A stretch of DNA of 64,000 nt, taken from contig NZ_MKUD01000010.1 of assembly GCF_001898575.1 (NCBI RefSeq), positions 297,110 to 361,109 of the forward strand, in the 5' to 3' direction. Position numbers and translations under genes: made by a program. The stretch's first letter is position 1, and each line of letters starts with the position of its first letter. Positions 27,598 to 35,997 of the stretch are shown here, one piece after another. The stretch is from Spirosoma sp. 48-14. Its GTDB lineage: Bacteria > Bacteroidota > Bacteroidia > Cytophagales > Spirosomataceae. Under the pieces are notes generated by a model. It did not search any database. It had not been told where the DNA came from and saw only the letters and a list, made by a program, of their open reading frames with translations.

Positions 27598-28599
27598 ATG
27601 AAACGGTTACCCACCGCCTACTTGCTCTTTTTTGCTCTTGTGATGCCGATCTGGCTGGTTTACATGGTTACTCAAAACGGTTTTTCGTTTTATAACGACC
27701 ACTGGGCCGCGCCCATAACCATGTTTTTTGGATCATTTGTCGCTGGAGCGACATCGGAAGGGGGAGGAGCAGTAGCCTTCCCGGTGTTTACGCTGCTGCT
27801 CAAACTACCCCCGCCCGTAGCCCGCAACTTTTCATTTGCCATACAGAGTATTGGGATGACATCTGCCAGTCTGTTGATTATCAGCCTGAAAATTCCGGTC
27901 GACTGGCGGGCTATTCGTACGGTAGCCATTGGCGGTATTCCAGGGCTGTTGTTTGGCGCTTTCTTCATTGTACCGCTGATTAGCGGCCAAATGACAAAGA
28001 TTTTCTTTGTGTCGCTATGGCTAAGCTTTGCGTTTGCCCTGTATCTGGCGAACCGCAAAACAGATCGGGTTACGACCAGGGGATTAGGCCCGTTGAAGGC
28101 AGTCGATCTAGCCCGCATTCTGGTATTTGCGTTCATTGGCGGTATCATCACGGCCATTTTTGGTGATGGGATCAATATTTTCACCTTTTGCCTGTTTACC
28201 CTCTACTATTCAACCAGTGAGAAAATCGCTACCCCTACATCCATCATAATCATGACCATCCATACCATCATTGGCTTTTTGCTGCATGTGTTCGTATTGC
28301 AGGATTTTCAGCCGATGACTTTTCAGTATTGGATGTGTGCGATTCCGGTAGCGATTCTGATGGCACCGCTGGGTGCCTACATTATTAATTTTCTGACGCG
28401 GGAAGCCATCGCTAAATTCCTGTACATCACCACTGTGGTTCAATATATCGGTGCATTGATCGCCCTGCGTCCTCCAACGGTTGTGGTGTTGATCAGCTTC
28501 GGTACGGTTGTAGGTGGGTTTTTGTTTTTCTGGTGGCTATCAACGCTTCGGTCTGAGCAGTCGGCTAAACCCTCGTCTTATGCCTCGTTGAATTCCTAA
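27598..28599 (+). CDS. TauE/SafE (TSUP) family membrane transporter
   Basis: GSFVAGATSEGGGAVAFPVFT...NFSFAIQSIGMTSA; second repeat GGIITAIFGDG; about 9 TM helices. Confidence 0.85.
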   Translation: MKRLPTAYLLFFALVMPIWLVYMVTQNGFSFYNDHWAAPITMFFGSFVAGATSEGGGAVAFPVFTLLLKLPPPVARNFSFAIQSIGMTSASLLIISLKIPVDWRAIRTVAIGGIPGLLFGAFFIVPLISGQMTKIFFVSLWLSFAFALYLANRKTDRVTTRGLGPLKAVDLARILVFAFIGGIITAIFGDGINIFTFCLFTLYYSTSEKIATPTSIIIMTIHTIIGFLLHVFVLQDFQPMTFQYWMCAIPVAILMAPLGAYIINFLTREAIAKFLYITTVVQYIGALIALRPPTVVVLISFGTVVGGFLFFWWLSTLRSEQSAKPSSYASLNS

Positions 28600-28610
28600 A
28601 CGCCCTCATT

Positions 28611-29123
28611 ATGCAAACCGCTATTCGTTGGGCGTTATACATTCTGGGGATTGAAATTCTGTTTCTAGTCGCTTTAGCGGTGCACCATTTCTCATTGGTT
28701 CCCCCGCTGGCGGCTAGTTGTATGCTGTTGGCAGCCAATCCCAAGGGCGTTTTTGCACAGCCTCGTACGGTTTTGGTTGCTTATATACTGGTGGGACATC
28801 TGGGTTTATTCCACTACGTATTTCTGGGAAATAATCTATTCGGATTGATGGCCATGACAATACTGGCAGTTAGCCTGATGGCTGCCGTTTCATCGATTCA
28901 TCCACCTGCCATAGCGCTGTTATTTCTACTGGCGAAAGCCGCCCATCCGTTTCAGGAGTATTTGTTCATGGTTTTGTTTGTAGTGGCGATGGTCGGGTTT
29001 CACTATGCCGCTCAGTGGTGGCTAAGTCAACTATATCCATCTGTTCAAGCCAATCCAAGGGTCATAACGGAATCGAAGCCGACTGCTTATTCAACCTACC
29101 TGGCCACCGCCGAAAATCAATGA
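28611..29123 (+). CDS. HPP-family membrane protein
   Basis: VPPLAAS...AQPR...SIHPPAIA motifs, 4-5 TM helices. Confidence 0.8.
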   Translation: MQTAIRWALYILGIEILFLVALAVHHFSLVPPLAASCMLLAANPKGVFAQPRTVLVAYILVGHLGLFHYVFLGNNLFGLMAMTILAVSLMAAVSSIHPPAIALLFLLAKAAHPFQEYLFMVLFVVAMVGFHYAAQWWLSQLYPSVQANPRVITESKPTAYSTYLATAENQ

Positions 29124-29267
29124 TCAGCGGCAACCGTACTGGACTACGCTTATCCTGCCCCAGGCTACATATCCTGCTGGTGTTACCCTTTTTGTCAGTG
29201 TGATGGAGGGGTTATGACGGAAACTATGTCTATCGTGCTTTTGCAGAAAAATTATTTTTACATGGCG

Positions 29268-29294
29268 TAGGGGTCGACCGGCTACTAACTGTCA
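29268..29294 (+). promoter_or_regulatory. putative ECF-sigma promoter, copy 2 (autoregulatory)
   Basis: TAGGGGT-cgaccggctactaa-CTGTCA, 30 nt before ATG 29325. Confidence 0.82.
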
Positions 29295-29324
29295 TAGGGA
29301 GGAACAACCGGATGTTTGCCGAAA

Positions 29325-30038
29325 ATGATAGCTTTGCAGTCTCCTGTCATTTATTATACTACACCAGTGCCACCAACCGAACAGGATGTCATTACGGCTA
29401 TCCGGGCGGGTAGCGAACGCGACTTTGAAGCTGTTTTCAGGCAGTATTATGCGTCGCTATGCCGGTATGCCCGTCAGTTACTCCCCGATCCTGACGAAGC
29501 AGAAGAGGAAGTACAGGCTATGTTCCTGGCTATTTGGGAAAAACGCCAAGGACTGCTTATTAGTGTATCGCTCAAGTCGTACCTGTATCGATCGGTTCAT
29601 AATCGTTGCCTGAACCGACTCAAGCACGCATCCGTTCGCGATGAGCACCGGGACTATATCCAGCATATTGGGGAAGAGACGGCTGAATCGCCTGCTCAGC
29701 GGGTAATTGGTGAGGAATTGGCTCACCAGATTCAACGGGCAATTCAGAAATTACCCGAACAGTGCCGACTCGTGTTTACGCTAAGTCGGTACGAAGAGCT
29801 TCGGTACGGGGAAATTGCAGAGCAATTAGGGATATCAATTAAAACCGTTGAGAATCAGATTGGCAAAGCCCTACGTATCTTACGGGCAGAATTGAGTGAG
29901 TATTTACCCGTTGTTCTGGCGCTTGGAATGAATAATGGACAGTGGATGCTGAATCCTGGTAGCGAATTGAGCGAAGCGGATATAGTATCTATACTAACCA
30001 TGTTTCATTCTTCATTGTCAATTCTTCATTTTATCTAA
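29325..30038 (+). CDS. ECF RNA polymerase sigma-70 factor (Bacteroidota FecI-like) with extended C-tail
   Basis: FEAVFRQYY...AEEEVQAMFLAIWEKR...YLYRSVHNRCLN; region 4 LPEQCRLVFTLSRYEELRYGEIAEQLGISIKTVENQI. Start at ATG 29325 preferred over TTG 29316. Confidence 0.95.
   Translation: MIALQSPVIYYTTPVPPTEQDVITAIRAGSERDFEAVFRQYYASLCRYARQLLPDPDEAEEEVQAMFLAIWEKRQGLLISVSLKSYLYRSVHNRCLNRLKHASVRDEHRDYIQHIGEETAESPAQRVIGEELAHQIQRAIQKLPEQCRLVFTLSRYEELRYGEIAEQLGISIKTVENQIGKALRILRAELSEYLPVVLALGMNNGQWMLNPGSELSEADIVSILTMFHSSLSILHFI
29926..30035. repeat. AATGAA(T/G)-type heptamer inverted repeat read in frame within the sigma gene 3' end
   Basis: Left arm gaatgaataatggacagtgga, right arm tcattcttcattgtcaattcttcatt; pairs with G-U wobbles. 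Confidence 0.65.
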
Positions 30039-30041
30039 GCC

Positions 30042-31136
30042 ATGGCCGATCAACATCCTATTGACGATGCCCTATTGGGCAAGTTTCTGGCCGGTGAAAC
30101 GGATCCGGCTGAATCGGCGCGGGTACGGCAATGGCTTTTGAGTCGCAATGCAGGTATATCCGAACCTACGCACGACGATTTTGCCAAGTTTGAACGCATC
30201 TGGAATGCGGCTAAGCAAGGGCAGCGTGCATCGAAGAAAGGCAAAACATCGACAGACCTCGAGCAACCCGATGTGGATACCGACGCGGCCTGGAAATCGG
30301 TTCAACAGCGTATGAGGAGCATTGATGGGCGAGCCGAAAATGGGGCGGCTATCAAGCCGCTGCCCAGTCAGGTAACAGAGCCGGATAGCCTTTGGCGGCA
30401 GACTGGCTACCGGGTGGCGGCAGTGTTGGCATTGGTGGTGAGCCTGGGCTGGCTGGTTTATCAGTTTCGGTACATGGGTCACGACAATCCGGCTATTCAT
30501 ACGGTTACGCTGGTCACGGGCGACCGACAACTTCGAAAAACCCTGCCCGATGGTTCACGCATTGTGCTGAATCGACACTCCACACTGACTTATCCGGCCG
30601 CTTTTGCTGACGAACGACGCGATGTGACCCTGAATGGTGAAGCGTTTTTTGATGTAACCCCCGACCCAAATCGACCGTTCCGTATCCAGGCCCGGCCAAC
30701 CGTTGTGCAGGTGCTGGGTACATCGTTTACTGTTCGGGCTTATGATAACAATGTCAGTGTAGCCGTTCAAACGGGTAAAGTGCGGTTTTCGAGCGGCCGC
30801 AAAGCCGTCTTGCTGACAAAAGATCAACAGGCCACGTTTGACGAGCAGACCGATACCATTCGTCGGGCAGCGCAGCTAGCGCCTAACGCCTTTGCTTACA
30901 AGACTGGCTTGCTGGTGTTTGACAATGAGCCATTGGCCAGTGTAATACAGACCATTAACCAGTTCTATAATTCGGATGTGCAACTAGCTAATGCCCGGCT
31001 GGATAATTGTCGGTTGAAAACCCGTTTCGATAAAATGTCGCTGGATGAAGTGGTGGCTGTAACGGCCGAAACCCTTGGTTTACAGGTTCGCCACGAAGGG
31101 AAATCAATAATTTTAGACGGTGCCGGATGCCGATGA
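30042..31136 (+). CDS. FecR-family anti-sigma factor
   Basis: LLGKFLAGE...VRQWL, AAW, single TM, LPDGSRIVLN, LNGEAFFDV, VQVLGTSF, LVFDNEPL motifs. Confidence 0.94.
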   Translation: MADQHPIDDALLGKFLAGETDPAESARVRQWLLSRNAGISEPTHDDFAKFERIWNAAKQGQRASKKGKTSTDLEQPDVDTDAAWKSVQQRMRSIDGRAENGAAIKPLPSQVTEPDSLWRQTGYRVAAVLALVVSLGWLVYQFRYMGHDNPAIHTVTLVTGDRQLRKTLPDGSRIVLNRHSTLTYPAAFADERRDVTLNGEAFFDVTPDPNRPFRIQARPTVVQVLGTSFTVRAYDNNVSVAVQTGKVRFSSGRKAVLLTKDQQATFDEQTDTIRRAAQLAPNAFAYKTGLLVFDNEPLASVIQTINQFYNSDVQLANARLDNCRLKTRFDKMSLDEVVAVTAETLGLQVRHEGKSIILDGAGCR

Positions 31137-31137
31137 A

Positions 31138-31163
31138 TAGGGGTAAGCGACCAGATGGCTGTC
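31138..31163 (+). promoter_or_regulatory. putative ECF-sigma promoter, copy 3 (STN protein)
   Basis: TAGGGGT-aagcgaccagatgg-CTGTC(T), directly after the fecR stop and about 28 nt before ATG 31193. Confidence 0.75.
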
Positions 31164-31192
31164 TTGTCGTAAAACCACTGTTAGTAAATCCA

Positions 31193-33034
31193 ATGCGTTA
31201 TTTTCTCCTTTGCTTCTTTATTAGCCTCCGCCTGTCGGCTCAGTCGATACCTCCACTGGATCGGGTCATTTCGGTGGATATTCGCAATGCAACGCTCGAC
31301 AATGCTCTTCGTCAGATCAGCCGGGCTGGCCGGTTTGAGTTCTCGTACGACCCCACCCGTATCGATGGAACTACAACGATCACGCTGCGATTAACGAACA
31401 CACCCGTTCGGGAAGTGCTGAGCCGGGTATTTGTGAACCGGGTTGCGTTTAAATCCCGCGGGAACCACGTCATTCTGGTCCGTGCCGATCCGCCTGAGTC
31501 GACCCCGAAGAGTTTTCTGCTGGATGGCTATATTCTGGATGAGCAAACCGGCGAACGGATTGCCAAAGCCAGTATTTTCGAAAAAACCACGCTGGCATCT
31601 ACGGTCAGCAATCCCTTTGGGTATTATAAACTACAGCTACCGACGAGTCTGGCCAATGCGCGGCTGGACGTTCGTAAACAGGATTACCTGGGCGAAACGG
31701 TGCTGATCCGATCCCGGACTTCGCACGCGGTTAACATCCGCATGACCCCTTTGCCTCCTACTACCTCATCGTCGATCCAAACCTTACCAATTCGTGTGAT
31801 TGAGGATACGGTGCGCTCCGTTGAGCCACCCTTAGCTTCCGTAGCGGTCGAAGCACCTGCGCCAATGGTCGATTCAACGGCCCGCCAACCGCAGTCCGTT
31901 GTTGATAAAGGGTGGTCTGGAATTTCGAAGTTTTTTGTTTCGGCGCAACAGGCCATTCACGACATAAACCTGAGCCGTGATACGCTTTACCGGGACTGGC
32001 AGGTGTCGTTTGTTCCGTTTTTTGGCACCAACGGGCGTTTGAGCGGACGTATCAGCAACCGTTTTTCGGTCAACATGCTCATGGGCTATTCGTTTGGGGT
32101 TCGGGCGTTTGAGGTTGGAGGCTTGATGAACCTGGTTCGAACCGATGTCGATGGATTTCAGACCGCTGGTTTAGCCAATATCGTTGGTGGTCATGTCGCT
32201 GGGGTTCAGGCAGGTGGGCTTATCAACTATACGAATCACTATGTAAAAGGTGCCCAACTCGGTGGTCTGGTCAATACAGCCGGACGTTCGGTAACGGGAG
32301 CGCAGGTGGCCGGGTTGATCAACTATGCCAATCAGGAAGTTCAGGGTGCTCAGATTGCCGGATTGATTAATGTGGCTGGACGTTCGGTTAATGGTGTGCA
32401 ACTGGCTGGCATACTCAACGTAGCCCGTGGCGATGTGCGTGGTGCACAGATCAGTGGTATTGTGAACGTAGCTCGCCGGGTGACAAACGGCCCTCAGATT
32501 GGGTTGATCAATCTGGCCGATACAGCAGGCAGCGTACCTGTTGGTCTCCTGAGTTTTGTCCGAAAAGGAGGCTACAAACGTGTCGAACTAGCGGCTAATG
32601 AGGTCAATCTGTTGAATGTAACCTTACGAACGGGTGTGCAGCGATTATACAATATCCTGACCGCCGGGCACAGTTTCGATCGGATAGGTAGCCCCCGACT
32701 TAGTGCCGGTTATGGTTTAGGAACGGCCTTCCGACTGTCGAAAGCCACCTTATTCAACCTCGAACTCATCGATCAGCATTTGTTCTATTTCGACGGAACG
32801 TATCCACGCGGCTGGAACAACCAGATTCGCCTGAATACCCTGATTGAAGCCCGGTTGAGTAACCATATCGCACTAGCATTCGGGCCGTCGGCCAACTGGT
32901 ATTTCAGTACCGACGATCGGCCAATCCCGCTGTTGCAACCCGAAATCCTATTGGTTTCTAACCGGGCCGATGCATACAGTAATGCGCGTCACTGGGGGTG
33001 GCTTGGCCTTCAGGCTGGTTTACGGTTCTTTTAA
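31193..33034 (+). CDS. outer-membrane protein: STN + CarboxypepD_reg-like domain + about 8 x 16-aa GxQxxGxxN repeats + C-terminal beta-barrel-like domain
   Basis: ISVDIRNATLDNALRQIS...FEFSY (STN); LDGYILDEQTGERIAKASI; repeats such as GAQIAGLINVAGRSV; amphipathic strands ending GLQAGLRFF. Confidence 0.82.
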   Translation: MRYFLLCFFISLRLSAQSIPPLDRVISVDIRNATLDNALRQISRAGRFEFSYDPTRIDGTTTITLRLTNTPVREVLSRVFVNRVAFKSRGNHVILVRADPPESTPKSFLLDGYILDEQTGERIAKASIFEKTTLASTVSNPFGYYKLQLPTSLANARLDVRKQDYLGETVLIRSRTSHAVNIRMTPLPPTTSSSIQTLPIRVIEDTVRSVEPPLASVAVEAPAPMVDSTARQPQSVVDKGWSGISKFFVSAQQAIHDINLSRDTLYRDWQVSFVPFFGTNGRLSGRISNRFSVNMLMGYSFGVRAFEVGGLMNLVRTDVDGFQTAGLANIVGGHVAGVQAGGLINYTNHYVKGAQLGGLVNTAGRSVTGAQVAGLINYANQEVQGAQIAGLINVAGRSVNGVQLAGILNVARGDVRGAQISGIVNVARRVTNGPQIGLINLADTAGSVPVGLLSFVRKGGYKRVELAANEVNLLNVTLRTGVQRLYNILTAGHSFDRIGSPRLSAGYGLGTAFRLSKATLFNLELIDQHLFYFDGTYPRGWNNQIRLNTLIEARLSNHIALAFGPSANWYFSTDDRPIPLLQPEILLVSNRADAYSNARHWGWLGLQAGLRFF

Positions 33035-33119
33035 CTGCACTATAGGGGAAGAAACAATCCCGCCAGTAGCCATAATAGGAGAGGAGCTTGGTGTGAGGCA
33101 AATTTTTTTTGTCGGCGCG

Positions 33120-33146
33120 TAGGGGTAGAGGTATGTACGGCTGTCA
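33120..33146 (+). promoter_or_regulatory. putative ECF-sigma promoter, copy 4 (GIN lipoprotein)
   Basis: TAGGGGT-agaggtatgtacgg-CTGTCA, 65 nt before ATG 33212. Confidence 0.8.
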
Positions 33147-33211
33147 TGATGTCAAATGAGCTATGAATACAACCTGAATAGCTCCGAAATCTGTAAAACG
33201 ACAAGTAGATT

Positions 33212-33928
33212 ATGACAAGCACAAAATTCCTGGGCATTTCGCTCGTTGCCATCGCGCTTACTTTATCCGGCTGCTCCTTAATTCGGGAGGATGTAGGGCC
33301 TTACCAGATGGCTCAGCAAAGCTATGCACTCACCAATTTCGACCGACTGGATATGGGAAGTGCTTTTGTTATTACGGTTCAGCAGGGAACCTCTTATAGC
33401 ATTTCGGTGGAAGGCGACCGACGAAATCTGGATGACCTGGAGGTGTATACGCGAAATGGTACACTCAAAGCGCAGTACCGCGTAGCCCGGAACCGCCAGT
33501 ACGCTACCACGTTCCGAATTACGATGCCCAGTCTGCGCGGAGTAGATTTTTCGGGTGCGGTTCGATCAACGGTAACGGGTTTTACGAATCTGGATGGTTT
33601 CGACGTTACGTTGTCGGGCGCTTCTGAAGGCCAGTTTGATATACAGGCGGCCCGACCAACGATCAATCTATCCGGCGCTTCGGTATTGCGGATGACTGGC
33701 AAAGGGGCGTTCCTGACAGCCGATTTGTCCGGTGCTTCGAGCTTACAGGCGTTCGACTATCTCGTCGATAATGCGGGTCTGGAACTGTCGGGAGCCAGTA
33801 AAGCGAACGTTAGTGTAAACAGCAGTCTGGTAGTCGAGGCCAGTGGGGCCAGCGCCGTTCGTTATCGCGGCAAACCTGCTGTTGCTCAACGAGTAAGTGG
33901 AGCCAGTACGGTACAGAACGAATTGTAG
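33212..33928 (+). CDS. head GIN domain (DUF2807) lipoprotein
   Basis: Lipobox LSGC; repeated SGAS/SGAV units; ends VRYRGKP...VSGASTV. Confidence 0.88.
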   Translation: MTSTKFLGISLVAIALTLSGCSLIREDVGPYQMAQQSYALTNFDRLDMGSAFVITVQQGTSYSISVEGDRRNLDDLEVYTRNGTLKAQYRVARNRQYATTFRITMPSLRGVDFSGAVRSTVTGFTNLDGFDVTLSGASEGQFDIQAARPTINLSGASVLRMTGKGAFLTADLSGASSLQAFDYLVDNAGLELSGASKANVSVNSSLVVEASGASAVRYRGKPAVAQRVSGASTVQNEL

Positions 33929-33939
33929 TTTTATACGTC

Positions 33940-34010
33940 ACTCTTATCTCTAAAAATCCCGAAGGGGACTCAGATCCTGAGTCCCCTTCGGGATTTTTAG
34001 AGATAAGAGT
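33940..34010. repeat. perfect 34-bp inverted repeat with 3-nt loop between convergent genes (bidirectional terminator / REPIN-like)
   Basis: actcttatctctaaaaatcccgaaggggactcag-atc-ctgagtccccttcgggatttttagagataagagt. Confidence 0.9.
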
Positions 34011-34016
34011 ATGTTA

Positions 34017-35048
34017 TTATGGCTTCGGACTAGCAGCCGCTGTACTATCCGCTTTTTGTTTCGCTTCGGCTTTGGCTTTCTTCTTGAAGAAGCCACGCAA
34101 CAGGAAGTTACTCTGTGCAGCTTTCAGGTCTTCATTCAGTAGCTCCGTTCCTTTACTTAAGTTACGAAGCGTGACCTGTAGATTGGTTGCTGTTTCCTTG
34201 TCGGTCAGCAGGATACCAAGCGGGCTGTTGGTATTGTTCAGCTTATCCGATGCCCGGTTCAGGTTGATCGATGTTTGCCGTAAAGTAGCCACGCTTTGAT
34301 CGGCAGCAGTTACAGTCGATTCGAATCGGGTGGCGGCCCGGCTCAGGCGTCGAAATACCGTTGTATCGGTTACTAATTCGTTCGCCAGCGTTCCTTTCGT
34401 ATTCAGTTTGGCGGCAAACTGCGCCACTGAACCCGTCACCCGAACGGTATTGTCGGACGCTTTTTCCAGATTGACCATAGCCCGTTTGAAATTGTCGGCA
34501 ACGATCGAGTCGGTCAGAACTGCCCCTACGGTGCCTTTCCCACGTCTTAAATTGCCAACCAGTTCTTTAAAGTCATTGGTCACTTTCAGGAGGTTATTGT
34601 TGTTTTCCTGTAAAGTTGCCATGATTTGATCCGAACTTAATGCCTCGGTGGTTTTCAGTCGGTCACCATCTTCAACTTCGGGCTGGCTTGTGGTCCCGCC
34701 GGCAATCACAACGATTTTATTCCCGATCAGGCCATCGGAACTAATGGAGGCTGAAGCATCTTTCCGAATGAATTGCTTGGAGCTTTCCTCAATATTCATG
34801 TCAACTTCTACCTGTGAGTTGCTCACGAAGCTAATGCGCTTAACCGTACCGATTTTAACACCGGAAAACCAGACGTTGTTGCCGTTCTTCAAGCCACCAA
34901 CGTCTTTAAAGAGCGCAATAAGGCGAACAGTACTGGTGAAGCGCTTTTGCTGGCCACCCAGTACGAATATTCCCGCGATCAGGATAATAATGCCCAGTAG
35001 GACGAATATGCCTACGACCACGGAGCGTTTTGTCGATTCAGTACTCAT
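34017..35048 (-). CDS. mlaD: MlaD/MCE-family protein
   Basis: VVVGIFVLLG TM, FKDVGGLKNGNNVWFSGVKIGTV, ISSDGLIGNKIV, helical tail. Start at ATG 35048. Confidence 0.92.
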   Translation of the reverse strand: MSTESTKRSVVVGIFVLLGIIILIAGIFVLGGQQKRFTSTVRLIALFKDVGGLKNGNNVWFSGVKIGTVKRISFVSNSQVEVDMNIEESSKQFIRKDASASISSDGLIGNKIVVIAGGTTSQPEVEDGDRLKTTEALSSDQIMATLQENNNNLLKVTNDFKELVGNLRRGKGTVGAVLTDSIVADNFKRAMVNLEKASDNTVRVTGSVAQFAAKLNTKGTLANELVTDTTVFRRLSRAATRFESTVTAADQSVATLRQTSINLNRASDKLNNTNSPLGILLTDKETATNLQVTLRNLSKGTELLNEDLKAAQSNFLLRGFFKKKAKAEAKQKADSTAAASPKP

Positions 35049-35144
35049 TTCTAGTATAAGTGGAGTCAGTGAAAGTGGTGTAGTATATGCAGTTAGTGTA
35101 ATCAGTGAAGTCTGTAAAATGTTTAAATTCTTCACTCTTTACCC

Positions 35145-35903
35145 CTAATCCACAAATTTGTAATCATAAAATTGCTGTATACGTTCGTCTTTGTCGGCAA
35201 ATACCTCATCGAAGGTGCCCACCCGCGCAAATTTGCCATCCAGCAGCATGGCAATTCGGTCGCCGGTAGTTTTAGCGCAGGTCAGATCGTGGGTGATGAT
35301 AATCGAAGTGGCGCCGAGCCGCTCCTGCACGTCGTTGATCAGATTGTTGATTTCCACACTGGTAATGGGGTCCAGCCCAGCCGTTGGCTCATCATACAGC
35401 ATAATCTCCGGCTTCAGAATCAGCGTACGGGCAATACCAATCCGTTTCCGCTGCCCACCCGACAGTTCGGCAGGCATCTGGTCGATGGTTTGTGCCAGAC
35501 CAACATCGTCCAGCGCTTTTTTGACGGCCTTATCGATTTCGCCACGACTCAGGTTGCGAACGTTTCGCACCAGCGGGAATTCCAGATTTTCGCGGATGCT
35601 CATGCTGTCATAAAGGGCACTGCTCTGGAACGAAAACCCTACCTTCTGGCGAAACTCATCCAATTCTTTACCACCTAGTGTTTCCACATCCTCACCCAGA
35701 ATAATTACTTTCCCGGCATCCGGTTTGAGCAGACCGACCATGATTTTGATCAGAACCGATTTTCCTGTTCCCGACCGGCCCAGCACCACCACGTTTTCCC
35801 CTTTATTCACCTCTAAATCAACCCCACGCAGCACGTGCAAACTGCCAAAGGACTTTTTCAATCCTTTGATTATAATAACGGGTTCATTTTTCTTTTCGCT
35901 CAT
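35145..35903 (-). CDS. mlaF: MlaF-like ABC ATPase
   Basis: GRSGTGKS, FQSSALYDSMS, LSGGQRKR, LYDEPTAGLDP, ITHD. Confidence 0.93.
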   Translation of the reverse strand: MSEKKNEPVIIIKGLKKSFGSLHVLRGVDLEVNKGENVVVLGRSGTGKSVLIKIMVGLLKPDAGKVIILGEDVETLGGKELDEFRQKVGFSFQSSALYDSMSIRENLEFPLVRNVRNLSRGEIDKAVKKALDDVGLAQTIDQMPAELSGGQRKRIGIARTLILKPEIMLYDEPTAGLDPITSVEINNLINDVQERLGATSIIITHDLTCAKTTGDRIAMLLDGKFARVGTFDEVFADKDERIQQFYDYKFVD

Positions 35904-35908
35904 AGTTT

Positions 35909-35990
35909 AATGATTGAATGATTGAATGATAGAATGATTGAATAGCTGTCGCCCATTATTAATTCAATCATTCAATCATTCAATCATTCT
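35909..35990. repeat. tandem octamer (AATGATTG)x4 / (TTCAATCA)x3 inverted repeat within the mla operon
   Basis: aatgattg aatgattg aatgatag aatgattg ... ttcaatca ttcaatca ttcaatca. Confidence 0.88.
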
Positions 35991-35997
35991 AAATTGT

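Noticed and set aside
28208-28237. TAGGGGT on the minus strand inside the TauE gene as a fifth ECF promoter
   Set aside because: No CTGTC follows after 14 nt (it reads TGGTT), and it lies within a CDS.
32100-32520. 48-nt periodicity as a DNA repeat array or DGR target
   Set aside because: Conservation is at the protein level (16-aa solenoid repeat) with divergent codons; there is no reverse transcriptase or template repeat.
33042-33070. TAGGGGA half-site upstream of the GIN gene (similar at 44894)
   Set aside because: The -10 element is missing; the complete motif is at 33120.
35909-35990. Tandem repeats as a CRISPR array
   Set aside because: Units are 7-8 nt with no unique spacers, and there are no cas genes in the window.
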